A stretch of 62,407 nucleotides of DNA, the filler included, from Circinaria calcarea (taxonomy: Eukaryota): assembly GCA_051942165.1 (NCBI GenBank). It is 32 parts of 32 records of this genome, joined end to end, with 100 filler letters (N's around TTAATTAATTAA, not from the genome) between each part and the next. Parts side by side here need not be neighbours in the genome. Positions count along the whole stretch, not along the records: positions 25,513 to 27,367 come from JAVECS010004150.1; positions 27,468 to 29,320 come from JAVECS010004151.1; positions 29,421 to 31,272 come from JAVECS010004152.1; positions 31,373 to 33,223 come from JAVECS010004153.1; positions 33,324 to 35,174 come from JAVECS010004154.1; positions 35,275 to 37,125 come from JAVECS010004155.1; positions 37,226 to 39,075 come from JAVECS010004156.1; 25 more parts are not named here. The stretch is one strand, 5' to 3'. Shown here piece after piece: positions 25,514 to 38,516 of the stretch; position 1 is the stretch's first letter, and every line of letters starts with the position of its first letter. Position numbers and translations under genes: made by a program. The notes below the pieces were generated by a model. It worked only from the letters and a program-made list of their open reading frames with translations. It was not told the origin of the DNA and searched no databases.

Positions 25514-26602
25514 AAAGAACCCTCGACTCAAGCTTGGCTGGACTATCAATCCACCCTTCGAAAACAGCAAGCAGCCCACAATGGAAGGAGTGTAGCAGTC
25601 GGCTTGCCAATGGTCTCGACGGCCAAATTACCTGCCAATGTCCCAAAAGTCAATTCGAAGTGGGATGGAGTACCAGAAGCTCTCAAACAAAAGCAAAAGG
25701 CTTCAAAACGGCAAGGCTCAATCGCCGATGCTAGATCACCAACCAGTCCAGCATTTACGGGAATTAGCCTCGGGAAAGTTTCAACTCGTAGTACTCGCAG
25801 CAGCGAAACACGTGGAAGTCATAACAGCTCAATCTCGAGTTCTAGCCCTGGACTTTTCACAACCCGGGACAAGGCTAATACCGATGACTTGACTCGTAAT
25901 CTGGCTCGAGTCGGCCTTGATGGCCACTGGAACGATTCGTCTCCGTCTACATCTACTGCATCACTTCCAGAACTTACTCCCAACTTTTACCTAGATATGC
26001 TAGTAGGTGGTCACTCCCCAGTAGCCATCCACGAAATCGAACGGCGGGAATCCACCGTCAGACAAGGAGCACCATCTTTTAGCATGTCTCCAGGGCTTAC
26101 GCCCTTGGAACTGTCACCTATGACACCACCGGCTTCGTCGCCTTTCATTCCCACTGGATTATCAAGCCCAATTCCAACCACGAAGTTGGGTGCTTCAGAT
26201 ATACAGACAACAGTCCTCACTTTATCCCCAGCCGACAAGGTCATACTAAACTCTTCTGGCCCTCATATTCTCGGCCCACCCGTGTCGGCTTTGCGCAAGG
26301 CGAAGCATACTTTGTCTCCCGATGGCGAAGTTCAAAGTGGTAACAAGCCGGCCTTTGAGCTCAAATCAATTCTTAAACGGGAAGCTACTCTTGTAAGACC
26401 ATCACTGTCAGAATACTTTCCTAGGATGGGAAATGCAGCCAAACCATCTCCGTCGAGTTCAGTATCAAAAGATCGGAATGTAGTGCCATGGGAATCCCCG
26501 GAATCTGTCGAGGACGCTGATAACTCGGAACGGGTTTTGACGCCTACCCCCCAGGGTAGTTTGGGCAGGACAAGGACGAGCAGAAAACACCTTGTCAAGT
26601 GA
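25514..26602 (+). CDS. Conserved Ser/Pro-rich fungal hypothetical protein, 3' part
   Basis: Uninterrupted frame from the contig edge (KEPSTQAWLDYQ...VSTAKLPANVPKVNSKWDGVPE) to TGA at 26600-26602. Confidence 0.75.
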   Translation, partial: KEPSTQAWLDYQSTLRKQQAAHNGRSVAVGLPMVSTAKLPANVPKVNSKWDGVPEALKQKQKASKRQGSIADARSPTSPAFTGISLGKVSTRSTRSSETRGSHNSSISSSSPGLFTTRDKANTDDLTRNLARVGLDGHWNDSSPSTSTASLPELTPNFYLDMLVGGHSPVAIHEIERRESTVRQGAPSFSMSPGLTPLELSPMTPPASSPFIPTGLSSPIPTTKLGASDIQTTVLTLSPADKVILNSSGPHILGPPVSALRKAKHTLSPDGEVQSGNKPAFELKSILKREATLVRPSLSEYFPRMGNAAKPSPSSSVSKDRNVVPWESPESVEDADNSERVLTPTPQGSLGRTRTSRKHLVK

Positions 26603-27467
26603 TGGCTTGCGACCGTCAAGCTTGGCTCATGTGGGACTCGGCATGTGGTGCGGTCTTTATATCCCATTCTCCGGTGATGTACTACCACCCTTTGGTCTCG
26701 TCAAGTTATCTCGGCATCAACTCTTGCGAAGTTGTGAATTTCGGGACATTGCTAGTGGCTACTCGATGATGTGCTTAGTGGTGTGAACCGTGGGAAAACG
26801 AAAGAAAGGTCGAATGAATGAATGATGGAGCGAATGATATGACTGCGTGGAAGCGTAATGGGCGCTTTGTATTTTGTACCTGTTTGCTTTTTGCTGATAC
26901 CCAATTTCCATGGCGTTGCTTTAATTGATACCCACCCTTGACGGCCCTTGAGGACCTACTCACCTCTATGTAGCTAGGTAGAGCTCATGCAATTTTTGCT
27001 TTCAAGCTTCCAGGATAATATCTAATGAAGAGCATCTTCTTACCAAAGACCAGGACGAGCTTGTGAGACCAACTTGACTACTCTATACCCCTAATGTACG
27101 GCACCAAGGAAAACATGGCATGGCGAACAAACAAACAAGCACGCAGCCGCGATCGCTTCCAACGAGAAACTTGGAAAGTAATCTGAGAAAGGTCGTTCAA
27201 GATGTAAGGGCAGTACCCGATGAGCGAATTGCCCAAGTGCGGGCGTCGAATGAACAAAAACATGTTGGGATAAGGGGGTGGGTTTGCTGGATGATATACT
27301 TGTATGCATTTATATGCAATTTTTTTAAAAGGGAGAGGATGTGGGGTAACGGAGGGGGTGGGGATTGNNNNNNNNNNNNNNNNNNNNNNNNNNNNNNNNN
27401 NNNNNNNNNNNTTAATTAATTAANNNNNNNNNNNNNNNNNNNNNNNNNNNNNNNNNNNNNNNNNNNN

Positions 27468-28124
27468 GTAGCCAGTGGGTTCTGCGTTCAGACACGCGGG
27501 CAAGCGGTCCCGCTCCGCTTTCTCAATGCCCCATTGCAGCAGCAGGGAGGCGGCACCCCGGCGCTCGGCGGTCGGGTGCGTGCTGATGGTGTCGAGACCT
27601 AAACGATCACAATTCCTGTCAGCAAGTGGTGGAGAGTGGGTTGGAGACTTTCCGCTTCGGGAAAGGATGGTAGGGGAAGAAAGGGGGGAGGATTGTGAGT
27701 GAAACGATGAGCCCACAAACGTACGATAACAGCGTCTGTCCTCCTGACCATTCATTTCCTTCTCCGCTATCGCCCGCATATACGCTTCCAGCAGGGTATG
27801 ATTCAGATAGCGATCCTCTGGGTTCACCTTCGGCAGCCGATCCAATTCGAGTGCGCGCTCGCCCTCGGGGACCGGCAGGAACCACTTGGCGGTACTGATG
27901 ACTTGGCCCGTGGCCGGGTCTTCTACGACGAGGATCTGCGCGCGCAGAGCGCTCGAGGCGGCGATGAAGATCTGGGTGTTGACGGTCTCGAGGCGCATGT
28001 GGTCGGCTAGCGGGAGGGTGCCGTAGGCGGTGGCGTGGCCAGGTTTGGTGAGGTAGGCCGCATGACGGATTGCCGCGATGGAGGGGGCATCTTCTTGGCG
28101 GGCGGGGCGGACGATGAGGGACAT
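27468..28124 (-). CDS. GNAT-family N-acetyltransferase, 3'-truncated, 1 intron (~27600-27723)
   Basis: MSLIVRPARQED, VEDPATGQVISTAKW, LDTISTHPTAERRGAASLLLQWG (acetyl-CoA motif A). Confidence 0.88.
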
Positions 28125-28845
28125 GGGTTTATGGGTCGAGAAAGGGGGTGGAAATTGGGGATGGGAAATGGTTTTTGTTCAGGGTTAGTTTAAGGAGGGG
28201 GTTTGTGAAGCTGGGAAGTATGCTGGAAGGGGATGAAAGTGGAAGGGAGGAATGATTAAATATTCCGTAGTGCCAGATGACAGATGAAAGCGAAATGGCA
28301 GTGTGAATCGAAATGCGTAAAGTGGAGAAAGAAGGAACAAGGGAACCTGGTGGCGAACGACAAGCGTTGGCATCCACATTATATCCCCAACCTAAACAGG
28401 CCTAATACTGTGTTGATTCCATGGCATGAAGAGGCGAGCTCGCGCACACGGACAAGAACAAGCAACTTCCATGTAATAAACCCACACTCACGAATAAAAG
28501 TTCTTCCCACCAAGAGCTGGGGCTGTACACCACCCTATCACCAAAGAGCTTCAGATCGAAGAGGTCATACTAGATATATTCTGCTTGCCAGAACCGTGAC
28601 AGTCTCCATCCGTACGGTAATAACTCACATTGATGCCCGCTCCCACGGATGGCGAGATACCTATACAAGAGCCGAAGCAGCTCTCCGCAGAAATCTATAA
28701 AGCGCATAGCCAGGTTTCATACAATCAAGTATATATTGCCGGGTATGCAGCCAATAACCCTAACACAATTCAACCTCAATGCAATAAGCCATCATACATT
28801 TCCACCCCGATGCAAAAGCCCGCGACTCACATGGTCCTAACCGTC

Positions 28846-29320
28846 CTAACCCTCCACCTCTTCCACCCTCCTCAGGAATTCCCTCACCCTCCCAACCTCC
28901 ACATCCTCGCCTCTCTCACTCTCCACCGCTACCGTCAGCCCTCCAACCATAGCGTCGACCTTCTCTTCCCCAACACCGGTACAAAGTGCTACCACCCTCC
29001 TCAACTTCTTTTCCAATTCTGTGCTCCGAGTCTGAAGTTGTGCGGTCTCTTCCTCCAAGCTAGCGTTGTTCGTCCGATAGGCCTTGACGCGTGCTTCGAG
29101 GATATCCGTTCGCGGGAGCATGGAGATATAAGCGTGCTGTTGCGGGGAGATTTGAAGAGGTTGGGATGGCAATGGTGATAAGGGAAGGAGGGAAGGATCG
29201 GTTTCGAGCCCGGCATCCGCGTCTCCGATTTTGACATCTGAGCGGAATTGGATACCGTTATTCATGCCATTATTTGATCTTCCGTGGGTCAGGGCCCGTT
29301 TCTGCTCCTCATTTGCTCGC
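28846..29320 (-). CDS. SWI6: MBF/SBF cell-cycle regulator Swi6/Cdc10, C-terminus
   Basis: Coiled coil followed by LRRVVALCTGV.EEKVD.MV..L..AVESE....VEVGRVREFLRRVE. Confidence 0.8.
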
Positions 29321-29420
29321 NNNNNNNNNNNNNNNNNNNNNNNNNNNNNNNNNNNNNNNNNNNNTTAATTAATTAANNNNNNNNNNNNNNNNNNNNNNNN
29401 NNNNNNNNNNNNNNNNNNNN

Positions 29421-30365
29421 CTCCCTCCAATTCCCACCCTACCCTATCTTTCTCCTTCAACATCCCCCAACCTCTTGCTGCACATTTCTCGACATATCCC
29501 CGCTCAACCGTCAGATAGCTCCTCCCGATACATTTCAAAGCATGCTTCCTCATGCCGTCCTCTGCCCATTCCATCAACCTTCTCTGATAACCATCCACGT
29601 TCCCCCTTAGTCGCCAGTATGCAACCCAATCATCGTGCACCAAAGCTTTCAAAACGCTCTCAACCTGCTCATCCCGATATCGGTAGCCTCTTCGCACTTG
29701 ATACGCAGTCCCGAAGTCTCCAAGCCGGCATGCCAAATCAAGAATGCAGTAGCCCACAAATTCGTGGAGTTCCGGGGCAGGGAGAGGCGTCAGAGGATGT
29801 ATGCGGTGAAGTAGATGCGAAAGAGCGGGGGAGTAAGACTCGTAGGACGAGCAGAGCAGAGCGGAACGGATGGTAAAGACGTAGGCACGCTGAGCGAAGG
29901 TGTCGGTACGGGAGGAAGCAAGGAGCCCTTCCCGAAGTTTACGCATCGAGAGGAGTAAAATGGCGAGTTCACGGGCGGTCGGAGCGCGTTTCGCGATGTT
30001 TGATCCTTGATCGGAGACATCCACCGAGAAGGTCGAAGGATGAGGGTCTGAGGATGCCTTGATCGGGTCAGCAGCACCCAAAGAAAGTGATGCGAAGGCT
30101 CTGTCGAGCGTATCATCGTCCCGACCGCCGGCGGCACAGAATTGCATATACCGCTCCACAATCTTATTGTAGTATGTTTCTTGTGCCTTGTAGTCTAGAA
30201 GCCTATGAGCCGCTTAGCCAGTGGCAATGGGTAGTTGGAAGGGCCGCTATGCCTGTTGTCGCCTTTAGAAGGGAGACCCATGCTTTCCAGGGGATCGATT
30301 GAAGGTGGTTTGAGTCTGCTCCATGCTGCCGAGGGTCGACGTGGAATAGAAGGAGCATTAGCCAT
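29421..30365 (-). CDS. PCI-domain protein (CSN8/PSMD8/eIF3K-like), 3'-truncated, 1 intron
   Basis: MANA...WSRLKP..DPLESMGLPSKGDNR/LLDYKAQETYY.KIVERY; MRKLREGLLAS; ALVHDDWVAYWRL; MRKHALKCIGRSYLTV. Confidence 0.7.
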
Positions 30366-30545
30366 GATGATTGGGAGATTCCGGGGATATTCAAGGTTAG
30401 GAGTAGGAAGCTTAGGCAAATGATTCCGTTCTCCAGTTGTGATGTCAATCGAGGGAATCGTCAAACGTGGAGAGAAATCTATAAACTTACCTCTACTCGG
30501 ACACCACGGCCCAGACACCTTTCCATTCCAATCAGATAATCCACC

Positions 30546-31272
30546 ATGGCCAGTCGGCGGCAACCTGACGCCAAAGCACTGTCTGTGGATATCGTCAAGG
30601 CATCTGAATTAACGGAGCCACCTCATCTAGGTCTTCTTAATTGGGAAGATCTTCCTCACTGGCGACGTGACAACCATTATATCCTCAACTCCTATCGACC
30701 TACGAGTTATTCCTACCTTGCATCTTTTGGATCTTTGTTCTACCTGCATAATGAATTCTTCAACATACACAGCCATCTCTCTGCGTCTCTCCTATTTCTA
30801 CTGCTAGCCACATATCTCTACCTTTCCTCGTCCGACCTCCTGGCCCCTTATGGGGTATCAACATCTATATCACTCTCCAGTGCGGATGTCTTGGCGTTTG
30901 GGTCGTTCTTTACTGGGGCTGTCCTGTGTTTGGGGATTTCTGCGGCGTACCATACAATATCCAACCATTCGCCTTTGGTCAATCAATGGGGTAATCAGCT
31001 GGACTACGTAGGCATTGTAGCCCTCATCACAGGGAGTTTCATCCCAAGTGTCTATTATGGATTTTACTGCGATCCATATCTTCAGAAGTTGTACTGGACG
31101 ATGGTATGTTTCCCAGTTAGTATTTCTTTCAAACTCCCCTTGAATGCTCTTCAATCATCTGATCCGCGACATCTATCGCATAGATTTCTAGTATAGGATT
31201 TGCCTGTACTACCATTTCTGTCACCCCTAAATTCCGGTCCCCAGTATGGCGTCCCTTCCGAGCTGCTATGTT
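30546..31272 (+). CDS. PAQR / haemolysin-III (Izh-like) membrane protein, 5' part
   Basis: WRRDNHYILNSYR, LHNEFFNIHSH, SAAYHTISNHS, LDYVGIV; intron from ~31103. Confidence 0.92.
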
Positions 31273-31372
31273 NNNNNNNNNNNNNNNNNNNNNNNNNNNN
31301 NNNNNNNNNNNNNNNNTTAATTAATTAANNNNNNNNNNNNNNNNNNNNNNNNNNNNNNNNNNNNNNNNNNNN

Positions 31373-32591
31373 CTTCAAGGGGAACCTGGCTGGAGATATA
31401 CACCAAGGCAGATGTAAATACCAATCGTCGGTCTCGTTTGTTGCCAGCGTGTTCGTAATCTTTGTACATTCAAAGTCCTCGGGGTAGAAACCACTCATCT
31501 CCCAATCGATAACACCACTGACTCGATTTTGACCGTCGTCGCTAGGCTGCACGATAATATTTTCTGTGCGGACATCCCCATGAGTAAAGACACAATGTTG
31601 CGCCTGAAAGGGTGAGGTTAGTCGACGGAGGAATTCGAGGAAAGTTGGACTTCCGACAGGAGCCCCGGAATACTGGAAATCCCAGAGCTCAGAGCCGGTG
31701 TAGATTGGCTGCCCGCTGACTCTAATGTGCCTTCGAGCGTCCTTACATCCTTCACCCGCTACACCTCCTAGAGGCATCTTATCAGGACATTGTAGTTGCC
31801 GAAGGTCCGAGAAGATAGTATCAAGTTCTTTGCTGACGGATTCCTTTTGCGATGCTTGAAGTTCAGGCCATACCTTGTCAAGGGTAACCCCAGGCACAAA
31901 GGACATGAAGAGGTAAGCGTATTTACCAGATGTAACCAGCCCATGCGGCCTGGGCACCGGTATTTGCGGCCGGTGGAGCTCAAGATACTGCAAGCTGGTG
32001 TACTCGGTAAAATCAGAAGAGCTGCGGATTGATTTGACAATCACCTCAGGACTGCATTTGGCAACGTAGCGCTCTTGAGTAGACTTTGACTGCCAGATCA
32101 AGTCACTGTTCCTCAGGGCTTGAGCCAAAGATTCTGTCAATTCAATGCTTGGTGCAGCGCCTATCTCATCGGTGCAAATGTTAAGAAGGGTTTTGACATT
32201 GGCGGATAGAGGATGGATAATCGAAGCTGGACTTGTAGGAACGGGTATAGGCAAGAATCCATTCGATTCTGTTGGGCCAGTGTCCTCGGACGGCACCACT
32301 GCGTCAGTATTCTCTGCAACAAATCAGTATGTTAAGGCGATGCAAAGACGGGAGATGGAATATGAATTTCCTACCCTTGCTGACTTTCCTACTGGCAAGA
32401 CGTGAGCTGTAATTGGTCGGAATGACAGTCGTCAAGTCGACCTCCGGATTGGTCTCGTATGCTTTCTGTAGCTGTCGCATGGTCCTTGCATTAAGTTTCG
32501 CTGCAAAGGACAAGGAGAGAATACGTTTTGGCTCTGGGCTTTGTGCATCGCCGACTTCGTTTGAAAATGGCCTTTTCATAGTCGCATCCAT
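31373..32591 (-). CDS. Aminoglycoside phosphotransferase (APH)/choline-kinase-like protein, 3'-truncated, 1 intron
   Basis: VIVK, IPVPRPHG, VFTHGDVRTENIIV (Brenner motif), GVIDWEMSGFYPEDFE. Confidence 0.88.
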
Positions 32592-33324
32592 TATTGCACC
32601 TGTGGTGTACTTTATAAGGGAATTGGGGAGCAGAGGGAGAACAGAGGTGTAGTTTACACTCTGGTAAAATTACTCAAGGGCGCTTCTTATTAGTCCCCGG
32701 ACACCTATCTCTTGCCAAGTGCGGGGGTTTAGTTTTGAAACGCGCTCTTTTGTAGTCGCGTTGCCCAAAAGAACCGCGTTTTATCTGATTGAAGTTTTTC
32801 CGGTTCCTCTTAGAGCCCGCCACCACCCGATTTGTCATCCCCCTTTATTAACTCAATAAACAAATTATATCAATTTCGAGAAAAGGATTTATAGTGGGCT
32901 ATGTTAATATATTGAGAATTGCAGCGTTACGAGGATTTCTAAATCGGAGGTTTTTAAGCTTAATAATTTTTCATTTTATTTTTAATTTCTGTAGAAAAGT
33001 TCGTATTTATCTAATTTATTATTTAGAAACCCTGATGATTTTAAATCTAATTAGAGGGAATTCGAAAGGTGCCTTTGATTGGACTACCTGTGAGGAGAAA
33101 GGGAGCCAAGGGGCGGAGCGGAGAAAAAGGAAAAAGGGGCGGATAGGAGAGGGTGGAGTGGGAAAGATGGGGCGTGGAATGGGAACGGGGAGAAAGGAGA
33201 ATGGAGACGATATTGGAGGATGCNNNNNNNNNNNNNNNNNNNNNNNNNNNNNNNNNNNNNNNNNNNNTTAATTAATTAANNNNNNNNNNNNNNNNNNNNN
33301 NNNNNNNNNNNNNNNNNNNNNNNG

Positions 33325-33531
33325 ACCTATAACGCCCCCAAACCAAACAACAACCGCGTGGGTGACTCAGGTGTTATCTCCCAGCTAGAGGAGGAATCCT
33401 CCGCAATGGCTCAGAACGCGCTGGCGGACTCCATGGGCTTGACCTTCACGGTTGATTCATTTAACAGCTTCGAGCCGCTCTGCGCGGGTAGCAGTTTCAT
33501 GTCCGATACGTGGACTTTCACCCAGGACTAA
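33325..33531 (+). CDS. Possible C-terminal exon of an unknown protein
   Basis: Open frame from the contig edge ending ...FMSDTWTFTQD*; no recognisable motif. Confidence 0.3.
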   Translation, partial: TYNAPKPNNNRVGDSGVISQLEEESSAMAQNALADSMGLTFTVDSFNSFEPLCAGSSFMSDTWTFTQD

Positions 33532-35274
33532 CGGACCCAGCTGCCTCTTCCGTGGCCGACACAGAGCTGAATGTCAGAATCTGAGGCTGGGTGAAGCCTG
33601 GAAATGGGCCGAGCAGCCATAGCAGCTGCGGAGAAACGATTGGTGGGGTCTCGACCAGGCTCCTAAAACATCATACATTGCTTCAAATACGTCAAAGACC
33701 AGAAAAAGTGCTGCTACCTTTTCTTGATATCGATACCAGGCTGCAACCTTTCTCCTTCATTTGCGCTGGCCCTGGATGAATGCTAAGGAACAACACGCTG
33801 CAGAAGATAAGAAAAGTTGCAACCTGTCACGAAAAAGATAGAAATCTCATATATCAAGTCAAGGATAATAAGGAATGGAGGCGTTATATCTACACTTGCG
33901 CTCTCGCCCTCGCCTTCGCAACGATCGCCCCTTATCTAGAAAAATAGATCTCATTATTTAAATAAAGTTTTCAGAACTAAAGCGCAGCATAGTTCCAAAT
34001 CTACGGGAGGAGCATTTTCGAGTATACAAGAACGAGCAATGCGTGTCCGGACAATGACGACCACGATGCCGGCACTTTGCAGAAGGGCTTGAGACAGTGG
34101 TTGCTAAAGGGAGGGACCATCACGGGAGACGTGGGGAAGTGGATATTCCTAACAGCGACGCTCGTTTCTGGCAGGCGACATGGTTAGGAGTTATGTCTAG
34201 CCATCACCATCATATACTCTAGTCCAAAAAAGACATGCTATAACGGAGAAATGGATCCCGTATCCTCATTGGGTGAAAACCATCGTTGCTCATTACCAGG
34301 CCCTAAATGTGCTCCAATACACCATAAATATCAGTTAGAGACGTCATTCGCTCATGTCTCATATTCTCATCCTGCGTAACCTTCCCATTCCCCGCCTCCG
34401 TTGAATTCAGAATCCCTCACATGCTGATAGTGGTCTTATCATTTTTATATCTCTTCCAAGCAGTGCAAAAATACACGCCCCATATCCCCGCTCCTTCTTC
34501 ATCATACCACTCCCAAACTCCCTAAACTCTCCTACAAAAACTCAGCTTTCCACCTCAAAAACGCAACAATGTCCATTCCCACAACCCGGACCCGACTCCC
34601 TCCCGGCTTCCAGCCCCGCTCCACCCCGAGCTCAAGTCATCATAATCGCCCCAAATCGAGAAAGAATGGACAACTTCGTCGGAAAAAAAAAATCCCCGCC
34701 CCCACCGTATAGTACGCCACCTATCCCGCGGCGAAAAAGGTGCACTGAATCCGGAACCCGGGGAACCCCCGGCCTTCTCTTCGGGATACATACTCAAATA
34801 TCAAATGAGGAATATGGTAAGATAGACAGTGATAGTCGCCCTGCGAAATGAAAATGGTTTCGTTCGGCTCATTAGAGACCAGGGGGGAAGGGGGGAAATT
34901 TTGGTAAACGCTGGTGTGCGTGCGGCGGCCATGGTACATGAGGGGATTTGGGATTTGGGATCTGGGCCCCTGGGGGGGGGAAGGGGGCTCCATTATGTGG
35001 TACTGTGAGATGTGTCTTCGATATTTCCAAAACACCAAACTGGGTCGAGAGGTATTTATTTGGATATTGTCGATGGCAAGTTTACATATCAAACGGAGAA
35101 TAGTGTTGGGATTATTGTGTCGAAATGATCGATGAGGAAGTAGTGGATGGGGGTCGGAGGACTAAGCAGAACTTNNNNNNNNNNNNNNNNNNNNNNNNNN
35201 NNNNNNNNNNNNNNNNNNTTAATTAATTAANNNNNNNNNNNNNNNNNNNNNNNNNNNNNNNNNNNNNNNNNNNN

Positions 35275-37125
35275 TCAATGACATTGTATGGACGGCTTGT
35301 GAGGAATACTTTGAGAGCGGGGTTTTCCCCTTGCTTGAGTCCCTTCGAATAGAATTTCTCGAGTTCTTCGGCCAAGCTCATCCAGTCGTCACACTCGTCA
35401 AGAGCATCAACGACACAAAAGACGTTAGCACAGTCAAGGTATTCTATGCACTCGGTGAACAGCTTCCAGCAACTCGATACGCTTCGCACTGCATCGGAAA
35501 ATTCCTTGCCCTCACTCTCAATACCTGTAACAACCCGAGTAAGTACTGAAGCTGCTTCACGTGCCGACAAAAGTTGGTAAAGCAAAGCAAGAAGACAATT
35601 CCTTGCACTTCTTTGTTTCTCATTGTCATCTCTAAAGAAGAAATAGCAAATCATTGCACGAGACTTCTGATCTCGAAGCTTGTCAACGAGAGAGGCCGCT
35701 AGGACGGTTTTCCCGCATCCTGGATTTCCCGATACCCAGACGAGACCGGGACTCGTGCTACTGATCCAATTAACCATCTTACGGTGTCCGGTGAGCCATT
35801 CACAAGTACCAGGTACTCTTTTGGGGATCCTATCTTCCAGCTCCTCCAAGTCAGACCCTGTGAGGCACTTAAGAGCAGCAATTTCTTGAGGGGAGCGAGA
35901 TACGGTCACTTGGTATTGGGGAGCTGTAACTAAGACACATTAGTGTCATACGTCTGGGGCTAATTCTAAGGTGCACAACCTTCTGCCGCCAAAAGCTGAC
36001 GAGCACAATCTGCCAAATGATTAAATGCTTCACCCTCCAAGTAATCTTTTGTCGCAGCCACGATGGTATCCTTCTTCTTGACCTCATCAAGGCCCACATC
36101 GTTAAGGCCTCCTGGCACGTTGAAACGATAGTATCGCTGACTCTTTTCGAGCTCTGAATGAGCTTGTTGGAAAGTCTGCGCAGTTTTTTGACTCTCGGTT
36201 GCCATAGCAATCAAGGTAACCCCCAATTCCTTTAGACTCTTGCCGAACGCTCTCAGGGTTGGTATACCTGTACCAATTGAGACAAGACATTTGATGTTAT
36301 CTTCTGGATGTGGAGTAGGTGAATCATCTCTTATAGAGTTCCATAATTCATTCACAGGGTTGTTTGCATGTGTAGCACCATCGAGATATTCTTCCCCGTC
36401 CTGACCTATCTTGATCGGTTCAAAAAACCCGCTGGCAGCACTAGTTGCACGAGCAGCTTGCCAGATAGCGATCCTGGAGTCGTTGGCATTACGAGACGTG
36501 TAATAACTGGGCAACCGGGTCCCGTTTCTGGTTGCACCCCGAACAGCACAGACGAACCTAATTTTGCGAAATCAGTACGGAGTCTGCACACAAGCATCCC
36601 ATGCCAACTGTCGAGTCACCTACACTTTACATCTAGGTTCAATCTCCTCAATCAAAAGGGCGTCTTCAGGCAAGCCCTGATCCCGGATTATCGTTTTGAC
36701 GGCAGACTCGAGAACTGATGCACTATATCGAGGTTTCACCTGGCCGGTTAAAAGAGAAAAAGGCAACCACCAACTTTCCTCTTTAAAGACCAACTCTGAA
36801 AGCTCGGAGTATGCAGTGATGCATGAAGCGACGTCCATTCTCAGGCGGCCTAACATGATGGCAATCAGACTAGTTGTGTCAGTAACTTATTGGTCTCATT
36901 GAGAGCGTCTTATACTACCCCCCAGTGCTTGTTCCGCAGATGATATCGAAATAATCGCATGGTTTCGGAGGACTCGCTGGATCGATTTTTCGCATGAGCT
37001 GCTGGAGAATGTAGAGGATCGATAGACCACGCACTCCTCCCCCATCTGCAGGTGAACCCATCAGCTATCAGCAAGCACTAAAGCTACGCAAATACCTAGG
37101 GAGAGAAGGCGCAACTGTCGAGCAG
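35275..37125 (-). CDS. Patatin-like phospholipase-NACHT fusion (fungal NLR), internal part, about 4 introns
   Basis: LLSL/DGGGVRG, GTSTGG, ARATSAA, YLDGA (patatin motifs). A 50-nt intron at 35930-35979 joins in frame to RVPGTCEW, GNPGCGKT (Walker A) and CVVDALDEC (Walker B). Confidence 0.88.
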
Positions 37126-38013
37126 NNNNNNNNNNNNNNNNNNNNNNNNNNNNNNNNNNNNNNNNNNNNTTAATTAATTAANNNNNNNNNNNNNNNNNNN
37201 NNNNNNNNNNNNNNNNNNNNNNNNNCCCCCTCCCCCTTCCCCCCAAAAAACAGATAAAACTAAAATACCCTATTGGAATGATTATGAAGTCAAGGATTAA
37301 TTTTTCTCCAGTGGGGAAAGGGCCCCGGGGGATATTACCACCTATGGTAAATAGGCACCAAGTTTCCCCGCTATCTCATATGGTACACGATTACCAGTAA
37401 GTAATCGTATATAGCATGGGTAGACGGAAGCCGACAATACAATACAACAAATACCACTCCGTAAACCACACCGACCGAACAGACAAACGACCTTTACTAC
37501 CCTACCCCAAAAAGCCTTTAGATTCCGTTGAAACGTTACAGGGTTCCGAATAACTCGCAGGAAAGTATAGAGAGTAAGTAGGCACTGCTGAATCACATCT
37601 CGATTACATGTGGGTCCAATGCAGTAAAGTGAGGCAGTTTCATAACGTAGGTGACTCGAAATGCAAAATTCGTGTTCATTCGAGAATCCATGAAAAAGGT
37701 CTGCGTCGGTTCTATGGAGAGAGAGAGAAAAACAACGCTGTGATGTGTGTATGTGACACGCGAAGGCGTTAATATCTCGCTGGTTGAACTCCCGGGTCCG
37801 AGCTCGCGAGGTCACGTGTGTGGTGCCAAGTTTCGACGGATTGAAATAAACATTCAGGGGGAAAAAAAAAAGGAGGTTCAGTTCCCTCGGTAACCTCGGG
37901 GTGATATCGAGTCGGTATTCCTTTGCCCGGTGCTAGTGGATTTCTCATTAATTCATTTATTCGTCAGCATTACATCATATTACGTCACATTATATCATAT
38001 CATATAATAGGAT

Positions 38014-38144
38014 TGTCACGGAACGTAGTGGTGGTGAATAACCTGTAGTTGAATTCTAAGCTGCCAGCACCTTTTAACTGCGGTGGGGTGCGCTAAGCTG
38101 CAAACGGACGCCTAAACGGCCCTGCGCACAGTGGGTCCATAACA
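38014..38144. mobile_element. 131-bp solo LTR with 5-bp TSD
   Basis: TGTCACGGA...TCCATAACA termini (inverted repeat differing only by transitions), flanked by AGGAT at 38009-38013 and 38145-38149. Confidence 0.7.
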
Positions 38145-38516
38145 AGGATCGTTAATTACTTCTCTTCTTCCTTTTCTTTAGGGAGGAAAAGAAAAAGAAA
38201 AGAAAGAGAAACTGGAGCCAAATTTTCGTGTTAAAATTCGTAAAATTAATCGTTAAAAAAAGGGGAAAATACCGCTAGGTTCAAGTCTATAAAACCAAAT
38301 AACCCGAATAAGGGGGGGTTGAACAGAGCCAAACTGACCATCCCCTCCGGGAACCCAAGATCTGTAAGAGGCAAATCTAAATTAAACCGGTTTCCGATCC
38401 GTGTAAAAACCCAATCCCCTTTCCAAAACTCCTGTGTCCTATTTGATCCCCCTTTGTACAAAAATCCAACCATCTCATTCTCTTGGACCAATCCCCTTGT
38501 CTTCTCCAACCATTTT

